Below, piece after piece: positions 25,901-37,335 of a stretch of 64,000 nucleotides of DNA. The number at the start of each line of letters is the position of its first letter. Position 1 is the first letter of the stretch. A program made the position numbers and the translations under genes. A model generated the notes under the pieces. The model saw nothing but the letters and a program-made list of their open reading frames with translations, had not been told where the DNA came from and searched no databases. This DNA is from Phyllobates terribilis (lineage: Eukaryota): positions 356,004,001-356,068,000 of the forward strand of contig NW_027362762.1 of assembly GCF_046119375.1 (NCBI RefSeq), written 5' to 3'.

Positions 25901-28900
25901 AGATAGATCAAATACTAGTGCCTGCATCACTAAAACAATGGGATATGAAATTCAAAATACAAGGTAGAAAGAGGAGATCATCTTACCCATATTAGACCTG
26001 TGTGGACCAGCTACACCAGCAGCCCCAACGCGCGTTTCACCTGTATTCTTGATTGCTGACCTTTTTAATATGCATGTTGATGTATGTTAGCCTATTTTTG
26101 TATATTCAATAAAATAACTTTTTTTGTACTATATACAGTATAATAGCTTGGACCTTGACTCCATGTGTTTTTGTAGGAATTTACACCTTTAATACAGTTG
26201 CACCCAGTAACTTCCCATGTGGGAAGTGTTTAAATAACTGTACTTCTATTAGTGATATTTGCATTGTATGAGAGATTTTCAGTTTCTGATATTTGTATTG
26301 AATATAGGTGTGAAAGAAGTTTCTCTGAAGCCCGGGATCTACAGCAGCACATGAATAAGCACCTTGGCGTGAAGCCCTTTGAGTGTGAAGTTTGTGGGAA
26401 ATGCTATAGCTGGAAGAAAGATTGGTACTCGCATGTAAAATCCCATTCTGTTACCGAGCCATACAGGTGAGGAGACTGTATTCTTTGTACTGTATGGTAA
26501 AATATATCTGCTGATCCTTCTCGCTAGATATCTGTATTTCTCTGTGTATAGTTGATCTCAGCAAATTTACCACCGCATGTGTCAACTTTCATCATTTCAG
26601 GTGTAATACATGTGGAAAGGAGTTCTTTGAGAAGTCACTATTCAGGAGACATGTCAATAAGGCAACCCATGGCAAGAAGGGAAGAATTAAGAGGAATATT
26701 GAGCGCGTTTGTACCCATTGTGGAAAAACCTTTACCCAACTGAGAGAGTTCAGAAGACATGTGAACAACCATGAAGGTAAAACAAAGACAAGTTGTTGTC
26801 CTGAGTCTCTGATCATTCTTGGCTTAGAAGTCCAGTGGGCGGTCTCTGTCACTGTATTAGTGTGCATGCTGTATTTCTCGTCAGTCACTATGTAGTACTA
26901 CCCACTGTCCCACATTTATTATTATTTATTATTATAGCGCCATTTATTCCATGGCGCTTTACATGTGAAAAGGGGGGTATACATAGCAAAAAACATTTAC
27001 ATAATCTTAACAAAACGAGTCAGCGACTGGTACAGGAGGAGAGAGGACCCTGCCCGTGAGGGCTCACATTCTACAAGGGATGGGTGGGGATACAGTAGGT
27101 GGGGGTAGAGGAGGTCATGCAGTAATGTGGTGGAGTGGTGGTTACTGCAGGTTGTAGGCTTGTCGGAAGAGGTAGGTCTTCAGGTTTTGTTTGAAGGCTT
27201 CCATGGTAGGTGAGAGTCTGATGTGTTGGGGTAGAGAGTTCCAGAGTAGGGGGGATGCGTGGGAGAAATCTTGTATGCGATTGTGGGAAGAGGAAATAAG
27301 AGGGGAGTAGAGAAGGAGATCTTGTGAGGATCGGAGGTTGCGTGCAGGTAGGTACCAGGAGACTAGATCACAGATGTATGGAGGAGACAGGTTGTGAATG
27401 GCTTTGTATGCCATGGTTAGGGTTTTGAACTTGAGTCTCTGGGCAATGGGGAGCCAGTGAAGGGATTGACAGAGGGGAGAGGCCGGGGAATAGCGGGGGG
27501 CAGGGGATTAGTCAAGCAGCAGAGTTTAGGATAGATTGGAGGGGCGCGAGAGTGTTGGAAGGGAGGCCACAGAGCAGGAGGTTGCAGTAGACAGGCGGGA
27601 GATGATGAGGGCATGCACTAGTGTTTTTGCAGAGTCTTTGCTGAGGAATGCACGGATTCGGGAGATATTTTTGAGTTGGAGTCGGCAAGAAGTGGTAAGG
27701 GCTTGGATATGTGATTTGAAGGAGAGATCAGAGTCCAGGGTTACCTCAAGGCAGCGAGCTTTTGGGACTGGGGAGTGTGAACAGCCATTGACGTTGATGG
27801 ATAGGTCAGATGGGGGATATGAATGAGAGGGTGGAAAGATGATTAATTCTGTTTTATCCATGTTAAGTTTTAGAAATCTGGCAGAGAAGAAGGATGAGAT
27901 GGCGGACTGACATTGTGGGATTTTAGTTAGTAGGGAGGAGATATTGGGTCCAGAGAGGTAGATCTGTGTGTCGTCAGCATAGAGGTGATACTGAAAGCCA
28001 TGAGACTCTATGAGCTGTCCCAGGCCGAAGGAGTAGATGGAGAAGAGCAGGGACCCTAGAACTGAACCTTGGGGGACACCGACAGATAGGGGGCGAGATG
28101 AGGAGGTGGTGCGTAAGTGGGAGACGCTGAATGTCCTGTCTGTTAGGTATGAGGAGATTCAAGATAGGGCCAAGTCCGTGATGCCAAGAGATGAGAGAAT
28201 CTGTAGTAAGAGGGAATGGTCGACTGTGTCGAAGGCAGGTGACGGGTCCAGAAGGAGGAGGATGGAGTAGTGTTGCTTGGATTTGGCGGTTAGTTGGCGG
28301 TCCCACAATGATCTAAGATTTAGAGAATTAATTTAGATAAATTTATTTAACGTTAGAATTCACACAAATCTGTAGACAGATATTGACTGCAGCATTTAGG
28401 AGAGGGAGGGGGCTCCCTTCCGATCGACACCGCCGCAATGTAATCGCAGCCTGCCGATCATTGTCATGGCAGCACGAGGTCAAATGATGACCACCGGGTC
28501 TGTCAGCTACAGTGGCCTGTTAGTGTTAAAAATATAATGCATTGCAAATCATGTTTATTGCAATGCATTATACCAGTGATCAGAGTAATAAAAGTTAAAG
28601 TCCTATTGAGGGACTAAGTAAAGGAAAAATACAAAAAATTTTAAAAATATTTCAACATTGTTGTTCCTTCCTTTTACTTCCCAGTGTTCCAGTCTGTTTT
28701 TGAGTGCACATTTGTATGATTGGTATTTTCATTTATCCCTGTACGTCTACCCTTGTTAGTCTGGTTGGTGTATTCTTATATACAACTACTCCCCACTTCC
28801 CTGGGTGGGGGACGGGACAGATAAGGACCGATTCAGGAGCTCGGCAAGGAACATGACCCCAGCATCTTCGCAATTAGAAGTAATCCGGGGAGCTGGGATA

Positions 28901-31900
28901 GCTATGGCGCCCCTAACTCTGGGATATCAAACTAGTCACGTGACACATGCCTTGAATTTGAGAAATAACTGCTGTGTGAATGATTCATGAAACTCTATGG
29001 GTCAGCATGCTGTCAGTTCTAATACGACTGAGAAAAATGGATGTGTGAATGCAGCCAATAAAGTGGTTGCAATTTGTGCTCTTAGGGAAGGAAAAAATGT
29101 CATGATATAATGCTCTAGCTTTGTAAAAAAGCTTTGTGTGTGTGTACATTATATTTATATAGGCACCTTTGAACAGAAGGTATGCCTTTGCAACCATTCT
29201 GTTATATCTCAGTGCATCTAAAATACAGTAACATTCCAAACAGTATTAATTTAAATTGAAATCCCTAATCGCTCACTCATGTCACCTACACCTTAAAAAC
29301 ATCTTTAGAATTCGACCTTTTCTTACCTTTGACTCTGCAAAAACTCTTCTGGACTCCTGCAACTCTCTACTAATCGGTCTCCCTCTGCCCTCTTCAATCC
29401 ATCCTGAGTGAGAAACCAGGATCATTTTCCTGTCCAACCACTACACCGATGCCTATACCCTCTGCTAGCCATTGCACTAGTTGCCCATCTGCTGCAGAAT
29501 ACAATAAAAACTTTTTTCTGTCACCCATGACGGCACAACGGGAGAGAGGGGATCCGCCCTTCAAGGACAGGAAACCTTCAAGATAAAAAGGGTGGCGCCT
29601 CTCTCCGCCTCAGTGGTTTCCTGTCCTTGATGGGGCACCTTCCTTCTCGTCGGCGGCAACAGCAGCAAGATTGTTGGGCCGGGGCCGGTCGGTTGTGGCA
29701 GGGCACAGGCTCTGCTGCGGCCGGTCCCGTGTGTCCTGGAAGCGCCGCGGAGGGTGCCGACATTTAGTCTCCTTGCGTGCGGGCGGGGGTTTGTGGCACC
29801 TACACAGCATGGTAGCCGGTAACCTCACGTCCCGGATGTGACGTCACGGGGCGCGACCGGAAGTGACAAACCGGAAGTCACGCCCCGGGACCTCTGACCC
29901 CCGGATGTAATTTTCAGGGGAGGTACCGGAAGCTGCGGGAACGCTGGCCGGTGATCTCCCTGGCACAATGAGAGTACTTAAGGGTAGATCACCGGCTAGG
30001 CAGGGGCGCAGTGCACCGTAATGGCCTCACAGCAGCCCTCCCCACCGCATCAGCAGCAAGAGCAGCAGACCATGCTGCAGTTGCAGCAGCCCGAGGAGAT
30101 GAAGCAGCCAGAAGCGCACCCAGGAGCAGCGTCCACCGCAGAGCAGGAGCAGTGGGCGTTCTGGGACATGCAGCACCAAACATTCAAGATCCAGCTGGCA
30201 AAGCTCAAGCAGGATTGATGATTCCACGGTCTCCCGAGGAGAAGTGTCGGATACCGTTCTGCCTCCCGTTCCGGATGTCCCTAAGAAATGTACAGGGAAA
30301 TCCAAGTACAGAGTGTGTGCCCTGTGTGAACGGGGTCTGACAAAAGACTGGCCCAAAAAGTTATGCCAGCCATGTATTGAGGAAACAATTTCGGAGGGAA
30401 CTCCAGACTTTGCTTCAAATTTAAAACCCTTATTAGGTCTGAGGTGGAAAGATCGCTAAAATCGTTTTCCCAGGCAAAAGAAGCGTCCCAGACCCATAGA
30501 GCAAAAGCCCCACCCTTTCAGACTCAGAATCCGATGAGGGAATGCTGGATGACACTACTGACTCTTCCTCTTCGGATAGCAAGACAGGTACAGGTCATTG
30601 TTTTCCCCTAAAGAGCGTTGATAGCTTAGTTAAAGCCGTCGGGTCCACAATGGGGTTAGTTGACCAGAAGGCAAAAATATCGGTACAAGATATTATGTTC
30701 GGTACCTTGGATTGGAAGAAACAGAGTTTTTCCGATTAACGATAAGTTGCAGGGACTTATCAAGAAGGAGTGGGATAGGCCGGAGAAAAAGAGTCCCCTT
30801 CCATCCTCCTTCAAAAGAAAATATCCCTTTGATGAGGAAGATACCGCATCCTGGAATAAAGCCCCGAAACTGGATGTTGCGGTGTCCAAAGCTTCTAAAA
30901 AATCTTCTCTCCCTTTTGAAGATACAGAGATGCTGAAGGATCCACTGAACCGGAAAGTAGATACCTTCCTTAAGGGTACTTGGGAATCATCAGCGGGGGC
31001 ATTGAAACCAGCCATAGCGGCAAGCTGTACGGCAAGATCCCTCATGGTTTGGTTAGACATGTTAGAAGACCAGGTTAAAAACAACGAGTCACAAGACTCC
31101 ATTCTGGCCTCTCTACCAGTATCGAAAGGAGCTGCGGCCTTCTTATCTGATGCCTCTGCGGATTCCTGCCAGATTAGCGTCAAGATCTGCAGCCCTGTCT
31201 AATGCCAGCCGCAGAGCAGTCTGGCTGATATGTTGCCCAGGGGATATACAGACAAAAGGAAAGCTATGTTCTCTTCCTTATGAAGGAGATTTTATTTTCA
31301 GTACCTCTCTTGACACAATTCTTGAAAAGGCAGGTGACAACAAGAAGGGATTTCCTAAATCTTCCTTCTCGGCTTTTAAGCAGTCCTTTCGGAGGAAGAA
31401 ATTTGCCCGCAGAAGAACATCCACAGAACAACCTAGATGGGAGGATTGTTCCAGAAAAGGAAAAGGGTTTTTATTCGGCGGGCCCTCCCAAGATAGTCGC
31501 AAACCCCCAAAATGACACTCTATCCCAGGTGGGAGTCTCTCTCTCTCACTCTCTCTCTCTCTCTCTCTCTCTCTTCCTTCCAGCCTGGGAAAGGATCTCT
31601 TCCAACAGGTGGATCCTCAAATTGATAAAATCAGGATTAAAGATGGAATTTCTGAGGAACCCGCCAGAGAGATTTATCCTGACTGCCTTAAGATCCTCTC
31701 TACCGGAACAGCGGGCACTGGAGGAAGAGATTTCAGGTCTCCTACAAATGAACGTCTTACGGGAGGTATCACAAGAGGAAAGAAGAGGGTTTTATTCCCC
31801 CTTATTCCTTATAAAGAAACCGGACAACTCATACAGAGTAATCATCAACTTGAAAGGCCTGAACAGATTCCTGAACATTCCATCATTCAAGATGGAAACA

Positions 31901-34900
31901 ATAAAATCAACGATAAGCCTTCCTTTTCCCGGCTGCTTCAAAAAGAGCTGGAAAAAGGCCTAGCGGTTAGCACCCTAAAGGTCCAAATCTCTGCCTTAGG
32001 GGCCTTGTATAATTTATAATCTGGCCGGTAACAAATGGATTTTCAGGTTCTTGAGGGCTATAAGGATCCCTTCTTGGGATTTAAACTTAGTGCTAAACGC
32101 ATTAACAAATTCTCCTTTTGAGCCCCTTAGCTCAGGGTCCATAAAGTTACTTACCCTAAAAACAATACTTCTTGTGGCCTTAACATCAGCACGGAGGGTT
32201 AGTGAGGTACAGGCTTTATCTGCAGATCCACCTTTTATGTTAATTCTAGACGATAGGGTAGTTTTGAGACCAGACCCTGCTTTCCTACCTAAAATTGTAT
32301 CCAAGTTTCACATTTGTCAGGAGATGATAACCCTACCATCCTTCTGTCCTGAACCAAGAAATAGCAAGGAGGAAAAATTTCATACCTTGGATGTCAGGAG
32401 TTACCTTATACATTATTTAGCATCCACAAGATCATGGAGAAAGGATAGGGCTCTATTTGTCTCCTTTCAGGGCTCCCGGAAAGGGGCGAAGGTCTCAAAA
32501 GGCACTCTATCAAGGTGGATCACGGTGGCCTATATAGGGTCAGGCAGAGATCCTCCTAACAATCTGAAGGCCCACTCTACAAGGGCCATGGCAGCTTCCT
32601 GGGCAGAAAGAGCGGACGTGCCCATTGAGCAAATATGTAAGGCTCCACATGGTCATCTCCGTCCACTTTCTATAATCACTATAGGCTTGACCTTTCTGCC
32701 TCCGCTGATCTCACATTTGGGAGAAGGGTTCTGCAGACTGTGGTCCCTCCCTTACATACCCAGTTCTCTGTAATTCTTTCTTTGTGCCGTCATGGGTGAC
32801 AGAAAAACACGTATATTACTTACTGGTAATGTGTTTTTTCGGAACCCAAGACAGCAACTTTACATTCCCTCCCTATCACTATGGTGATCACCTTCCGGTT
32901 GGTGGGTATTGAAGTATTCACATGGGTGAAATTTGTATATAGTTAATAACATTATGTACTCTAACCGGAGTGTCCTCTCATACTCTGTAATCCACTGAGG
33001 CAGAGAGAGGCGCCGCCCTTTTTATCTTGAAGGTTTCCTGTCCTTCAAGGGTGGATCCCCTCTCTCCCGTTGTGCCGTCATGGGTTCCGAAAAAACACAT
33101 TACCGGTAAGTAATATACGTGTATCTCTCTCACCCACAAAGCTCTCCACAGTTCTGCACCACCCTATATCTCCTCCCTCATCTCTGTCTAGCACCCTACA
33201 CGTGCCCTGCTAATTCTGCTAATGGCCTAAGACTAACATCCTCAATAATCCAAACCTCCCACCCCCGTCTCCAAGGCTTCTCGCTAGCTGTGCCAATTCT
33301 CTGGAATGCACTACCCAGGACAATTAGATTAATTCCCTTTACCCAAAGTTTTAAGTGTGCCCTAAAACACACACTACTTTAGACTGGCCTATGGCCTCAC
33401 TTCACTTATGTAACTATTCCAGTTTTGCCCTTCCAAAACTTTCTTCCAAATCTGGTCCCTCATAGTATCTGTTTACACAGTTTCCATGCACCTAATAGCA
33501 CTTTGTATCTGTACTGTACAGATACTGGCTAGTGATCGGTTCATGCAGTGTTATGTGATTACCCTATTTATTATATTGATGGCTGGACCATACAATACAA
33601 GCACTTTTTACCATTCACCTTTCTTGTCTCCCCTATTCTTCATAGATTGTAAGCTTGCGAGCAGGGCCCTCCTCACTCCTTTTGGTATCTGTTGAATTAT
33701 GTGTCTATTGTCTGTACAAGTACCCTCTGAAGTTTAAAGTGCTGTGGAATATGTTGGCGCTTTAGAAATAAAAATTATTAATATTATTACGGCTCCTATG
33801 GAGACCGATATGTCTTTATGGTAGCAGTCTACAAGTGAACCATCAGTTGTTTGGTTGTGCCGGGAAAATTCTTCTATTACTTACTATTAATTAGTGGTTA
33901 GCAGGAAACAATGAACATATTTAAAGGATATTACAATCAGATTCATTTTTACGGGAAAATTACACAACAGTATAACTCGGACGAAGATAGTAACACAATG
34001 CTCGGACTTGGCCGTTGGCTCTCCCAACCCGTGTGTGACAGCATGCATTTCTATGCATTTGTCCCACTCCTGTCGGGAGAGCCAATGGAGAGTCCAAGCA
34101 GTGCGTTGCAATCCTTGTTATACGGCCGTGTGACTCTCCCCTTACACTAATTCTGGAACTGTGGTCAGTGGGACCATTTGAAACATTGTCAGATGCATGC
34201 TCGGGCATATGCAACTATACACTGCGCGCTTTACTCTCATCATTTATATGCCTTGCATTTCTGGACATCGTTCAGGCAACTATAGCCAAAATTAACACTT
34301 GGGCAAAGTCTTGATGTAAAGGGCCACCATGATTATTGACTTTCATTAATCAAAAACAGAAGCTGGCTTTTACCTTTGTTCACTAGCCAGTGGTGATCTA
34401 CTACATGGCAAACAAATGTCCTTGGGGGGTAAAAATCTCATGGTTTGATCAATCGATGCAAATGTGTCCAATCAATAATATTATCCCAAATAATAGTTTA
34501 TTAGGTACTTCAAGTGAAAATGGAAGCAGTCCATTCTGGTAGGGTTCGCTTTCTTAGATAAATAAGTTTTACCCAAATAATCTGTAATTTGCCATCTGTG
34601 ATGTAGCTGCTTTCTTAATAGGGTTGTATAATTATTGCTTATGTAATGTACTGTCCTTATTTTTTTAAAGGGGTAAAACCATTTGAGTGCCTAACATGTG
34701 GTGTAGCCTGGGCCGATGCACGTTCCCTAAAACGCCACGTGAGGACGCACACAGGAGAGAGGCCGTATGTGTGCCCTGTGTGCAATGAAGCCTACATAGA
34801 TGCCCGCAATCTACGGAAACACATGACCAAGTATCATAGTAACTATATTCCTTGCAAAATTATGTTGGAGAAGGACAGCTTACAGTTTCACCACCAAGGA

Positions 34901-35185
34901 ACCCAGGTTGAACATGCTGTCAGTTTCCTGCCAAATGACATTGGAGAGTCACATTCAGAGATTGTATCGGAGGAGATTGAGACTGTTTTAGTATCTGAAG
35001 ATGTCGTTGAAGATGATTCTGGCACCCAAGATTGCTCCACAGCAGTGTCTTCTCTTTCTGACCAGAGCATAATGCAAGTAGTAAACTATGTATTGGCCCA
35101 ACAACAAGGGGTGAAGCTTCCTGAAGGGACTGATGAAATTGAAACTGTGGAAGTGGAGGTTGGCCAGGTGTCAGAGGTCCTTTGA
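13959..35185 (+). CDS. ZBTB11: Zinc finger and BTB domain-containing protein 11 (complete, 11 coding exons, 3429 nt, 1142 aa)
   Basis: Exons 13959-14268, 15925-16154, 16633-16864, 18839-19995, 20751-20924, 23191-23403, 23903-24047, 24598-24715, 26308-26466, 26601-26776, 34671-35185. All GT-AG, phases close to one open frame. N-terminus [43 protein letters not shown], integrase-like H2C2 domain, BTB ([27 protein letters not shown]), C2H2 fingers, C-terminal [26 protein letters not shown]. Confidence 0.96.
15190..15640 (-). mobile_element. Old L2-type LINE 3' fragment
   Basis: gaggagaggaccctgcccttacaggcttacggtctaca resembles the 3' UTR motif of the younger L2 copies in this window. Confidence 0.5.
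17093..18344 (-). mobile_element. Tc1-like DNA transposon, DD38E (Intruder-type), internally deleted
   Basis: TA flanks (17091-92, 18345-46); 265-bp TIRs (17093-17357, 18080-18344); ORFs 17657-17998 and 17256-17633 with QQDNDPKH...SPDLNPIE; 38 residues counted between second D and E. Confidence 0.92.
21426..23006 (-). mobile_element. Full-length Tc1 DNA transposon, DD34E
   Basis: TA flanks; TIRs CACTGCTCAAAAAAA..AAGGGAACACT; 1581 bp; transposase frame 22709-21684. Confidence 0.95.
21684..22709 (-). pseudogene. Tc1 transposase, 341 codons with one in-frame stop
   Basis: ATG at 22709 ([16 protein letters not shown]) runs in frame to the stop at 21684 except TGA at 22368-22370; [17 protein letters not shown] and PDLNPIEH motifs intact. 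Confidence 0.9.
24158..24548. mobile_element. TTAA-flanked palindromic MITE (T2/Kolobok-like)
   Basis: TTAA|AGAGGTTTTCCAC...GTGGACAACCTCT|TTAA; largely self-complementary; second family member at about 55890-56265. Confidence 0.8.
25520..26165 (-). mobile_element. Inverted-end element with hammerhead fragment (Penelope-like relic)
   Basis: About 105-bp outward-facing inverted arms (25520-25628 vs 26040-26165), each with AATAAA; minus strand reads GAAACGCGCGTTGGGG at 26038-26023. Confidence 0.6.
26914..28300 (-). mobile_element. 5'-truncated L2/CR1-clade LINE, about 1.4 kb
   Basis: RT remnants ([10 protein letters not shown] region, [46 protein letters not shown]) and AAT-type tail at 26914-26935. 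Confidence 0.9.
29513..33122 (+). mobile_element. DIRS retrotransposon, copy B (both ends intact, RT/RNase H largely deleted)
   Basis: Left ITR ~29513-29620 is inverted at ~32992-33085; ICR at ~32782-32856 is complementary to both termini; gag remnants 30244-31515 (CALC...CQPC), RT start 31600-31940, recombinase 31940-32700 ([19 protein letters not shown]). Confidence 0.93.
31536..31575. repeat. (CT)n microsatellite inside DIRS copy B
   Basis: ctctctctctcactctctctct... run at the start of the RT frame. Confidence 0.9.
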
Positions 35186-35246
35186 CCTTCTGTATAAACA
35201 CATATTTAGCTGTACATAATTTAGCACTTACCATTTAGTCTATGCC

Positions 35247-35252
35247 AATAAA
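35247..35252 (+). terminator. Candidate ZBTB11 polyadenylation signal
   Basis: AATAAA 62 nt after the stop codon; ATTAAA near 35508 is an alternative. Confidence 0.45.
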
Positions 35253-36879
35253 GTATGTGCCCTTTATGTGTAAAAACTATTTAAATGGTTGGCTTATTTT
35301 GTGAATTTGCACAGATTGTTTTATTAACCATAGTTGTAAGAATGGTATTCAAAACCAGACATTACAGGTTGTAATAATTTTTTTATATATATCTATAAAG
35401 TTTAGGTTTTTGAACCTATGTTCATTGGAAATATTTGGATTAAAATTAATTTCTGCAATTGCAATGTGTCTTGTGTGTTACAGATGCAACTAAATGTTTA
35501 TTTTCTTTATTAAAAGCTGTGTGATCAAATACCATTTTAATATCCATTTTCAGCCTCATTTAGTAATCACATTAGTTTCTGGTCAATAGATGTGTAAATT
35601 CTATATGAATCTTTGCTTGTCAGTTTCTCTTTATATCGTTCATGCAAGCTCAGACTCTCAAACCTGGCCTACAAGGCATGATGCATTCACTTTTCACCCA
35701 GCTGCAATTGCTGCTTTACTTTTACTGCCACTGGGCAGAGTCCTATATAAAAACAGTTGCTACATTTATGACCGGTCATTTTATTGCCTTGTGGTAAAGT
35801 GTTATGAGAGTATTGAAGTAAAAAGATGCAATTATGTTGCATGGGGAAGCCAAGTGATTTTTGACATTATGAATCCGGTTTTAAAAAGACTTAGGATTTT
35901 GCATGGAATCTCTGCGATTCATAGTCAAGTTGCTAGCACAAGGAGAGATCCTCTGCTTCACATAGTTTCCTATTCTGAAATACAGTTCACTTACTTCTCT
36001 TCAATGTTTTTATTTCCAGTTTTCTGCCCTCCCCTTTTGACTTGTAACATTTCTCGGGGTCTTCACCAAAGTCCTTTTTTCCCTTGTGGCACTACTTTGT
36101 GTTGAAGGGGTGTTAGGCTATAGCAGCGCTTTGGAAGAAGTGTATTTTTGCTGCTTCCAAAACGCTGTGTTCTAATCATGCAGGTAAATTCGCATGTGTT
36201 CATTGAACAATGCGGAGTTACCACATCCAAGACATTCTATTGGGGAAATTTTCTGTTGTGGAGACTAGCGTCTTCTCTGCAGATAATGGACATGTCGTGA
36301 CTCGTAAACCCGTGCCATGGGTGAGTTTACGTGGCATCAAATAGAAGCACAGTGGCCATGGGATTTCTATAAATCCATCCACTGTACTTGTAATGTAGAA
36401 CACAGCGGTTTGGACGCAGCGCAGGTGAGCTGCGTCCAATATGCTGCTATTCCTGATCATGGGCACGTACCTGTAATCATCCACCTATCTGGACAATGTT
36501 CTGGTGAAGACACCGTTCAGAGAAGACAATAGTCCAGTCTCCTGCTCACTTTGATCTCCATGGAATTCTTAGGATGGATCCTCAACTGAGAGCAAGGCAC
36601 AACTTCTATCCCAGCAAATGGACTTTTTATAGAGACACTTGCCACCCATGTGTGTCAGATGTTTCTTCATGCTCTTTTCTTCAGTCCAGAGTGTCTTGTT
36701 TACGGATGCAGATTTTGTGTATGACAGTATTGGTCTTTGAGGCAGTTCCTTATGCCTAGCTCCACACTCGTCCATAAAGAAGTTGGTGGACTTCTCAGAC
36801 ACATCTTTCTTTCCACCTATGTCTGCAGAAACTTCCATTGGTGGGTGGCAGCCCCTGCTTCGCTCCACGTCAGGACTTT

Positions 36880-37130
36880 TCTTCCCCTCAATTGGTGCTT
36901 TCTGTAGTCCATGTGCCCTAGGTGGATGACTATGCCTCAAACTTTTTAGCTTGGAAAACATCCATGACAGTGGGCTCTTGATGGATGTCTCCAGACAGAT
37001 TGGTCATCACTGGGTCACTAAAGACGTTAATCTCTTCACATCTTACCTTAACCACAAAGTGCCTTAACTGTTAGTTGCCTGGAGTCAGATTTAGTTGCAT
37101 TTGGGCATTGCTCTCTTCCCTTCTGGTTCA
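36880..37130 (+). mobile_element. Highly decayed DIRS RNase H/MT fragment
   Basis: Translates to RQIGHHWVTKDVNLFTSYLNHKV, similar to KWGLPEVDLFASRLNAKL in copy A. Confidence 0.4.
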
Positions 37131-37335
37131 TAACTTTTTACAGATTTTTTGCTCTCTTGCTTTTGGCACAAAATTGAAGTGTCTACTGTCTGAAAGGGTA
37201 TAGTAAACCAGGATGAGTAAACACGACAAGCTCTGCCACTAGTAGGCTGACACTATTCCTATGGTGCTGTGTCCCCCTCAATGTATTCACCGGAAAAAAG
37301 GATTTTACAGTGAGTATATAAAAAAATAAAAAAAA

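Larger units (their letters stand above)
29250..33785 (+). mobile_element. Older L2-type LINE fragment split by DIRS copy B (29250-29512 and 33122-33785)
   Basis: Left piece encodes [22 protein letters not shown] and ends cagaatacaataaaaactt; right piece resumes atctctctcacccacaaagctctccac and ends in an L2-like 3' UTR. Confidence 0.8.

Noticed and set aside
35125-35150. CTGATGA-AATT-GAAAC hammerhead-like string
   Set aside because: Lies in ZBTB11 coding sequence (TDEIET); no room for stem II and no stem I/III support.
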